This document shows positions 11,401 through 64,000 of a stretch of DNA of 64,000 bases, piece by piece. Location of the stretch: positions 4,774,001-4,838,000 of the forward strand of contig OZ210884.1 of NCBI GenBank assembly GCA_964658305.1. Direction: 5' to 3'. Each line of letters starts with the position of its first letter. Position 1 is the stretch's first letter. The DNA comes from Leptogorgia sarmentosa. Its lineage: Eukaryota. A program made the position numbers and the translations under genes. Under the pieces are notes generated by a model. The model saw nothing but the letters and a program-made list of their open reading frames with translations, did no database searches and was not told the origin of the DNA.

Positions 11401-13818
11401 AGCTCGTTATCTATTTGTTAAAAGACAGTTTTAGAGCGAGGACGTCGAAGACGACGTGAAAATTGCCTGTTTTGCCCATGTTTGGAAATGCTACGTCATT
11501 TTCGCGCATTTCCACGTCGCGTCTTCGACGTCCGTGTCCTCGATCTAGATCTGTCTAAATAGTAATCGACTTTGTATCGAAGGAAATTTTGTATATTTTT
11601 AGGAGGAGCGAGCTCGTAGTAAGGAGTTAAGTGGAGAGTTATCGAACGGTCAGAAAAAAGAGTTTGAAGAACTTATAGCAGAACAAAAGGTATCCAGTGA
11701 CACCTAATTGTTGACTAAATCATGATCTTTTGCGATTTGTTCTCCTATGCCACATCGTATGAGGAAACTGATTTATGTACTGAGATTGTATTTTTTTTGC
11801 CAGAGAATATTTGAAGAAAATCTCGCGGAAGAAAGAAGGAATACGGCGAAACAAGTTGAAGACGTTTTAAAAAAAGAGCAAGAACGAGCAAGGGTAGTTG
11901 AGTTCTTAATTCATTGAAATACCTTACTATATTTACGTCTTGATAGTTTATTAGGCGATAGGTTTGTGCATGTTTTCTGTCAAGTTGGCGAGATGAGAGG
12001 GAGGGGGTGGTGGGGGTGTTTCCGGGGGTTATGAAAGAAAAACTTAGGAAACGAAGCGTTAGTTCTACGTTACCTCTTTTCTAATCTCTTCTAATTTCCC
12101 TTGATTTCAGCGCAATTTAAGTTTACTAAATCCGACTAAAATACCTAATGTAAAATGGTCACGAACGAACTACTAAAACTGAATTGATTTTCCCCCGAAA
12201 CGTTGTATAGCCAACTTAGGATCTTATGCATGTCGTAAAAACTTAACACATTACACGTCCATAATTATTCTGCAAAGAATTCTATAATTCTATAATAAAA
12301 AAATTCGTGCCATCTGTACTCCATAGAAAGAAAAGCACACGTTACTCCGTTAACCCTGTTAAGCAACGTTCACTCGCTACGATTGGTTGGGCACGATTCG
12401 CAGTCTGGCGTATATAATCGAGTGAGCACGCGCGAGAAAGTCTCATTTAAAACTGCGGTCAATCTTAACGAAGTGGAATGATGGCGTCAGCAGTATTTTT
12501 CATACGCCAGAATCCGAATCGTGCCAGACAAATCGCAGCGTCAAACGTACCTTTACCGAATCTTTTTGTTTAGAATGACTTAGATGAAGCAATGACGGAA
12601 GAACGTCAAAAATCTCGGGATGCTGTTGGTATTATTAAAGAAAAGACAAAAGAGGACATGGGACAGTATATTAAAGAAAAAGAGAAGGTTTGTGACGCTT
12701 CGTGTGAAGGGGGTTAAAAAGGGTTTAATCAAATTATGCTTAGGGGGTGCCTACAGTTAAGAACCTCTGAGAGGGGGAGACTGTATAATTTGTTATTTAT
12801 TACTTATTATTTTGTGATTCAAGGTTACATTAACCCGTGGCAATATATAAATTGCTTATTCATGCACAGCATTTCCAAACTCGTTAATATAGGGAAAAGT
12901 AATGCAGTAAAATTCTTTGTTGCATATGTTGCTCTAACGTTTTTACATGGAGAAAAAAAAAGAAAAGATTTTTACTTCTTTTTACTAGAGAAATGCAGTT
13001 ATTTAATAATTGGTTGTAAGGATACATGTTGTTAATATATTTTTTAGAAATTTAGTCGTTAGGAATTTTTGAGCTAACTGTTGAAAAACAAAAAAAAGTA
13101 TAAATTATGATATCCATCGTGTCTTCACCGAGCTTTTCCCAGGTTCAGCGATGTGTAAAATTTCAGGCCCACACACATGTCGCGATTCAACGAAGCAACG
13201 CGATTCTTTACTATAGTATTCACTCAGAGGCGAAATTATCTCTCCCGATGCATGCAAACTTGTTTTAGCATGCAGCGGGAGGTCTGAACTAACCTAATTA
13301 ATGTATTTTTCATTGAAGACTATATATTTCCACTATATAATTCGTTACATTTAGCTGGTTGAGATAATATGAACTATATTGCAATGTTTTGCCTGTTTGT
13401 TTTATGTATGTTCGTATTCTGTTTTGCGTTTGTTTCCATGTTACAGGCCACTAACGTAGCTACTTGGCTCACGTTGTGTTAGTGGTCCTGAGCTGTAGTC
13501 TTCTTTGTGTTACGATTGTATTATTGTGTTAAACGGCTGAAGTTATTAAATAAATAAATAACCTGGTTTACATGGCTTCCATGCAAAACTTACTTTCGCG
13601 TACAGTTTACCCACTTTCAGAAACTAACAGATCAAGTCCCCACCTGTCTGGTTACGTTCTTCGCACAGTAACTGATTACGTTATATTGAATATTATTCTT
13701 GCAGGCTGACGACGCTGTACGATTGCGAAGTTATCAGAGCATGGATCTTTTTTTACAGGGAGTACAAACACAACTTCGGTCTCTCATTAATAATAGCGAC
13801 ATTCCACCTACTTCATAA
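2419..13818 (+). CDS. CCDC91: Coiled-coil domain-containing protein 91 (p56, GGA-binding partner) orthologue, 12 coding exons, 540 aa
   Basis: Exons: 2419-2472, 5210-5248, 6069-6743, 7434-7535, 8019-8096, 8678-8785, 10558-10650, 10779-10847, 11603-11689, 11804-11893, 12574-12687, 13705-13818 (TAA). All introns are GT-AG and phase 0, giving an open frame. Motifs I recognise from vertebrate CCDC91: acidic DDD..DFGGFE, FPWATAFP, LREAGQEAFALIVEEYK, a long E/K-rich coiled coil, and C-terminal RSYQSMDLFLQGVQTQLRSLI. Confidence 0.88.
4573..4702. repeat. 21-bp minisatellite (~6 units, GCACTGTGATAACAGAAAATT-like)
   Basis: Tandem imperfect units visible directly; they produce the spurious CTVITEN ORFs. 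Confidence 0.8.
5210..5248 (+). CDS. CCDC91: CCDC91 micro-exon 2 (39 nt) encoding DGDDDWADFGGFE, the GAE/ear-domain binding motif
   Basis: tttcag|GATGGT...TTTGAG|gtacgt. DFGGF matches the DFGX-phi motif bound by GGA and gamma-adaptin ear domains. Confidence 0.88.
5708..5943. mobile_element. Small non-autonomous element with terminal hairpin and asymmetric inverted repeats
   Basis: Hairpin AACAATTAGACAAC-loop-GTTGTCTAATTGTT (5711-5746); inverted repeat TTAGTATACAC (5746-5756) / GTGTATACTAA (5933-5943); CCAATCAGA at 5895. Confidence 0.65.
6069..6743 (+). CDS. CCDC91: CCDC91 exon 3: Pro/Ser/Gln/Ala-rich linker followed by start of coiled coil
   Basis: ttctag|TCGGCA... open frame (contains ORF 6345-6752) ending EKIRLEK|gtgtgt. 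Confidence 0.85.
7712..7944. mobile_element. Tc1/mariner-type MITE
   Basis: TIRs CAGGGTGTCCCAAAAAAGTGACCTC / GAGGTCACTTTTTGGGACACCCTG, flanked by TA on both sides. Confidence 0.85.
8843..9872. repeat. ~1.03-kb near-perfect palindrome (two inverted copies of a ~510-bp element) in CCDC91 intron 6
   Basis: Arm 8843-9350 is the reverse complement of 9357-9872, with a 6-nt spacer, about a dozen substitutions and one 8-bp indel. TTAA at both outer ends. Confidence 0.93.
11432..11549. repeat. Short degenerate inverted-repeat (MITE-like) element
   Basis: gcgaggacgtcgaagacgacgtg ... cacgtcgcgtcttcgacgtccgtgtcctcg. Confidence 0.45.
12365..12553. mobile_element. Degenerate MITE (PIF/Harbinger-like)
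   Basis: cgctacgattggttgggcacgattcgcagtctggcgtat ... atacgccagaatccgaatcgtgccagacaaatcgcagcg form imperfect inverted arms. Confidence 0.5.
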
Positions 13819-14098
13819 ATACAATAGTTACTTAGGTAGTTATTTGGCCATTTAAAATGAATATAATTATTATTAGCTATAGTTCAGTATTTTCAATGAA
13901 TTTGAATGTTTCCGAAAGCATTTTGGGAAAAAGACAATTGCTTGTTGAAATGATAGTTATGATTCGACATTATCGTAAAAATGCCGGTCACATGTCAACA
14001 ATTCATTTTCAAAAATTGAATACAGTCGCCTTTTACGAGACAAATGCAGTTATTTGATAACTGGTTGTATTTAAAAAGATTCCAGATTTCGCCTCTAA

Positions 14099-14104
14099 AA
14101 TAAA
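14099..14104 (+). promoter_or_regulatory. Candidate polyadenylation signal of CCDC91
   Basis: AATAAA about 280 nt after the stop codon. Further AATAAA copies lie near 14187 and 14526, so the true site is uncertain. Confidence 0.35.
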
Positions 14105-16080
14105 CATTTGTCGTGTTAATGCAACATGCATATCGGGTAACTTTTCATGCAACCAATGCAACTTATCCCGAAATGATTATGACAAGAATAAATCAAGGCA
14201 GCCAATAGGGTGAGGGCTAGGATTGGCTTTGCGGTAATGATTAGAGATCAACGTTCAGGATTTTTGATATGGAAACTGAGCTCATTGATCTCATACTTTG
14301 TACATATTTACTTGAAAATGTTTTGTATGAGATGAAATGAATGGATGAAGAAAGACTTGCGCTATATAGCTACGTTTTAAGTGTTGAGGATGTTCAAAAA
14401 ACGTCGATGCCAAGTTGAACTTGCAAAACAAGAATATATCACAATATATACTTTCAATATATTATTCCTCGTGAATTATACGTATAGATAATTAATAATA
14501 ATTATCGAATAACAGTTGTAACAGGAATAAATAAAAAAGAATAATAAATACAGAATTCACCACAGTATTTTGTACCTTTCATTAATCTGGCTGAAATGTC
14601 AGCCAGGGTGATGATAATATTTTATGATTTCGGCTAATTAGCAGATTTTTGTTGAGAAAGTCGTATTGTATTCATGAATGTCTAGCAAAAAATGTGAAGA
14701 AAGGGGATGCTAAGTCACTATACGTGACTTAATTGCCGTTTGCAATGAAATCCCCAACATTATATCTTCAGTTGTTGCTTTATACCAAACGCTTTTTTTG
14801 CTGTTTTTTCTCACATTGCTCTGACAGATATTTCCCTGTCTTTTTTCATGATCACGCATGCGTAGACCTCTGATTGCAACGGAACGTCTTTATGGCGTAG
14901 ATTTCCACGAGGTCGCTGGTTATCGCCCCTTTTTATGGTGGCTTTGGACTCTCTCAGAAGCAGCGGAAGATCAACTGGCCTGATGTCTTGGAGAAGCTTA
15001 ATTAGAAACAATAATTAATATGCATAATAATGATTGCTGCGAATTTTTCCGAGGTTGATTTAAAATTTATTTTCATGTCTATGGAGCACGTGTTTCCAGG
15101 ACACTACTTTGGTAATTTGAAACGTCAATAGGGCGAATTTTTTATGAAAACGAACCAATCACGAAACGAATATAACGAGTTTAGAACAAAAGCTGTAGCT
15201 ACTATTGAACTACATTCACCTTGCTAATGTGATGAATAGAACATTTCATGATCTGATATGTATTAGTATAGTGCAACTGAAGGAATTGACTCCCCGAGAA
15301 CTATAAACTCGTTGCAGTAACTAAATGATTGTTTGAGACTACTTCTCGAATGGTGACGGTAACACAATTTGAAAGTCTTATTTGAAAGAATGTTTAAAAT
15401 TATTTATAAAAGCTTTTACAGATTTTTCATATTCTTCCTTCATTCTGGAAATATTTTCACTGAAAGCAATGAACTGTCCGCCATGTTGCTATATTGACGA
15501 TGTGTATCCATGTAACGTCAAAGTGGGATGACGCAAGTGTTTTAGCTTGACATGAAGCTATAATCTTGGGCAAAACTATTTCAGACTAGTTAATCATTGT
15601 TACTCAAAGAAGTTCCTCATTAATCGTCAAACACCCCTGTAAAATGTACTTTTATGAGGCGAACAGAAATGTTTCAGTAGGGTAACTGTTCCATGAGAAA
15701 GATGAGGTTACCTTCACTTATTATCGATTGTGTGAACATCATTTGACACGACGGAAGTTCGATATTCCTGTGAACTATGCCTGAAGTACATTACAGTCGC
15801 ATTATATGTGTTTAATAATCACGGAGTGTTCTCACTGTAGGAGAGTTGCTTATATTGCAGCTAATTATATTCAAGTAAAAACGAATGTTTTAAATATTGC
15901 GATGGAAAAGTCTGTAGTGAAACAATGTCCCAGCAGGATATACTTTAAAATCACTCAAGTAATTAATGATATACACTTCATATTATTTTACAGTGAAGCC
16001 CGCACTTTATGCTTGGTGGGCATCCTGTATACATCTTCCTATGCAATCGAGATTCTCTTAAACCAAGTACTGTGTAATGA

Positions 16081-16149
16081 TATAAAGAAATAAAGTTTGA
16101 TAAGGTATCTCAAGTGGACTTCACGAAGTCGAGGTACTTCAAAGTAAGT
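16081..16149 (+). promoter_or_regulatory. Candidate TATA box and short non-coding first exon of the giant VWD/propeller gene
   Basis: TATAAAG at 16081 and a consensus donor AAA|GTAAGT at 16144. The ATG at 19523 sits directly after a polypyrimidine tract and AG acceptor, which implies an upstream exon. Confidence 0.35.
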
Positions 16150-19100
16150 CGATTATTTTTTGTATTATTTCAGATACTGTATAGCAAAGATTTCCTGAGA
16201 ATTGAGAAATTTCTGTCTCATACGGCGTTAGGAATTTAAACATAAACCAAAAACACTTAATGATGTTCCTGATTTTCTCTGGAATTTTTGAGCGTTCTAA
16301 GGAGTCCGAAACTGTTTAAAGTGAAAGTGTTTAGAGGGTTCTAGAGTGTCGTTAAATTCGCTCAAGCGATTGCTTGACATAGATTTTTCATTAGCTATCG
16401 CATTAACGAATATCAAAGGTACCTATATATAGTGCTTTTTCGAAGACGTGGTACGACGTCGGCTATACAGTTCACACACAGTTGGTTGTTCTCAAATGTC
16501 TTTAAACTCCTTAAAAATGATCAGACTTAAAATAAAAAAAACATTTAATCGATTTTAGTCTGTACGACTACCAATGCTGAATATTTTTACCACGAGTGGG
16601 TGGGTTTTCTTAGGAATTTTCGAAATTAGCGTTCGTAGAAACCAGCAGCTTTGATTGCGATCTAGATACATCAGTCTCGTTGCCGTGCAGTTTGTCAATA
16701 GTGCATTTTTGTAGCTATACTGTTCAAGGCAGTCGGAATTTATCACGGAGCAAAAGTTGTTGTTTGTGGATTTTGGTGATGGCGTTTGTCAGCGGGAGTT
16801 AAAATGCATTGCATTTTAATCTGACCGCCTATTTTCGTGATACATCTACATTCTTAGTGAGATAGGTGTTTCTTGCTAGTTTTTGGCCCTTATTCCTGTA
16901 ATACATGAGATGACTCAGAGAATTTTTCCAGTCTTTATTCTGTGATACGGTTTCTCAAACTCGAGCGGTATGCTGCAGGGATTTTGCTTTAGTGGCATAA
17001 GATCTTGACAACCTGCAGTGCCTATGAAAGTACTTTGAATGTAGAGGATGAAAGTTATTAGCTATTTGAATGTCACGGTCAAGGACTTTAGGTCTTGTCC
17101 GTATTTTTTTTTGAAGAACTAAAACAGGCATAGCATGCATATACGTTTTCGGAGGGAATCAAACAAGAAGATAAAATCATTGACGGTTTTTGCTTTCATC
17201 TTTACTTGAGGATCTTATATTATAGTTCAATAAACTGTATGGAAAATGCATGCGAGTGCTTTGAATTATGTAATGACCCTCACTTGGTGAGGTATAGGTG
17301 ACCTTGGTTGACTTCGTCGTCGTAACAGTGTGCATGGTTTGAATGAATCAACCTTTAGGGCAGTTAGCAAGAGTACATTCAGCAAGCCTTTTGCTCTCCC
17401 AAATGTGGCAACCAATACATTGTTTCAGAACATATATTTTGGTGAATGCTTTCATTTGAAAATTAAAAAAGTATGGCGCTCGACTTATAGTTACTCCAAC
17501 AAGAATTTCAAAACACAAGAACTGAGATCGATTTAAAACTATTGCGATCAATGATAATTTGTTTAGGAAGCACAATTAGGAGTTTATAATATACTTAATT
17601 TCAAACCAAAATCCAAAATTATACACTGCCAGCGTTCTCAGGCACTGTGAATGTCGAAATCTTCACAAGAATATTTCATAGTCAAAGCATCCAGCAATTA
17701 GTTATATTTTTAAATACGCGTATATGTTAAAGAATTCCTGACACGACACTGTGCAGTGTCTTCAGTTTATGTCCCACATGCTGTTTCTTGAGAAAAGAAG
17801 ATCAAAAGAAGATTCATTCCAAAGTAATTGGTTTTTCTTTACAAAACACAATTGCACAGATGTATTTTGCGGCAAGCTTCGAGACACGAATTGAAATCAA
17901 CAGGAGAAAAATCTCGAACGACATTCCGTACTGCAGTATAGCAACAAGCAACAATGTTTCGATCAAACAAGACACCGCTTCCTAGAACCAGTTTTATACC
18001 AACACGTTTAGCCCAGACGTCTGATAAGGCAAAATTTAGGCAAAATCTTATAGATCTTTCGATATATGAACTCAAATTTTATGCATTAAGACATATAGTG
18101 GTTATCATAGTTGTTCCACCTAGCCTGAAACAATTTAGTTTTCGGCTGTTCAAGCGAACCATATACTCCTTATCACGTATTAGAGTGTGCAACGTATAAT
18201 TTTCTGAAATGTTAATTGGGTATTTAACTTATTATACACCCTGTAATACAGGCCCTGTATAGTTTAGCGTGGGTGAGATAGCTTTATTGACTTGTCTTTG
18301 TATGTGACAAAAATTAACATATATTTCTTGCCTTATCGATCGCGCACTGAAGTGTCGGGAAATTGTTATTGCTACGCGGGTGCTGGTTAAATTATGTAGT
18401 GTACATAATGATAATTTATACCATTAGAAATTTTTACCATTAATCATCAGAAGTCTTGGCGTGCTAACTTTATAATTTCATCAATAATGTTGAAACATTC
18501 GAATTGTACGAGCTCTGGTAACTTGTAGCTAATAAAGAACTTTTCCCCAGTCATCCCGATATGCATGTATGGAAATCGTGCATCTCAATAGCATCTCAAA
18601 ATGTACTATCACAATTCGATATTAAACCGTGAAGCCGCTGTCTGGTGATGAGCTTAAATTCGGAAATGAATGAAGAAATATCGTCCTCTACGAACAAGTA
18701 GCCTTAGCCTCACGGATGAGGCGCTAAAGTTCGGGTTGAAACGCCCAAAATTATTTGAATTCCTTTCGCATTTGCACCGCCTTCTTCAACATTATAATAT
18801 ATGCATTTGCATTTTTTGAAGGTATACAAAAAGCATATATGTGAGAACAAGTTATATCATCAAAAGAAAAATGCGATGTCTGCTATGTCTTTTGAATAAA
18901 GGAACATTTTTAAACCGTTTTATCGTGTCATTTACAGGTTTATTGCATTAAGAACTCAAGGTCATGCAAGGGCCACCTATTTAAACAATGATCATTTAAT
19001 TGTTCATTTGCATAAAATACCGATTAGTGGGAGTGGAAAATTGACATAAATACAATCACCATTTCCAAATATAATTTTATTTCTCTACTGTACTGTCAAG

Positions 19101-19522
19101 TATTATATTGCTGTTGGCTTGGACTGAACCTATTGCTTGCTGTGGGGATTTACAAATAGCTGGTTTTTATTCTAACGCATTGCCTTGTTTTTGGCGTCAA
19201 AAATCCTCGCCCATTCACTTTTACCGCCCACTTTTCTTGGTACGTGCAAAACTCGCACTCGAACCTGAATTCGAAACCGGACACTCGTTGGAAAAAACGC
19301 ATTTTATGACCAAAACCAAAAATACATTGCTAATCTTAATCGACCTGATCTTTTCGGGATTTCTTGCGAAAAGTCAGCCGATATCTGACTTAAATTGATA
19401 GAATTTGAAAGAATCTGGATCATACAACTTTTCTCTTACTATCCATCCCCGTTATGCTATAATAACTATTTTATATAAAAATCTATATCCTAATGTATTC
19501 TTATCTTGTGGTTTCTTTCTAG

Positions 19523-64000
<44,478 letters not shown>

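Noticed and set aside
14811..15011. GC-richer minus-strand ORF in the intergenic region
   Set aside because: Short, no recognisable domain and no partner exons found.

Overview
AT-rich, intron-rich animal (invertebrate, possibly cnidarian; inference only) genomic DNA holding two + strand spliced genes. (1) A complete 12-exon CCDC91 (p56, GGA/AP-1 ear-binding coiled-coil protein) orthologue at 2419-13818, 540 aa by my manual splice. (2) The 5' part of a giant secreted modular protein from 19523 to beyond 64000: at least 66 coding exons and about 5,290 aa in the window. It has a signal peptide, degenerate YWTD-type beta-propellers, EGF/Ca-EGF modules and nine VWD-C8 assemblies, every one with a GDPH autocleavage motif. 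From 31100 it is built of a 12-exon, ~1,010-aa super-repeat (4 full copies plus the start of a 5th). Within these repeats the VWD exons are nearly identical and patchwork-converted, while the propellers are highly divergent. Introns carry many MITEs, a ~1 kb near-perfect hairpin, and a set of small elements sharing a hairpin + asymmetric inverted repeat + CCAATCA layout. Exon coordinates were derived by eye from GT/AG sites and reading frame and need RNA-seq confirmation.
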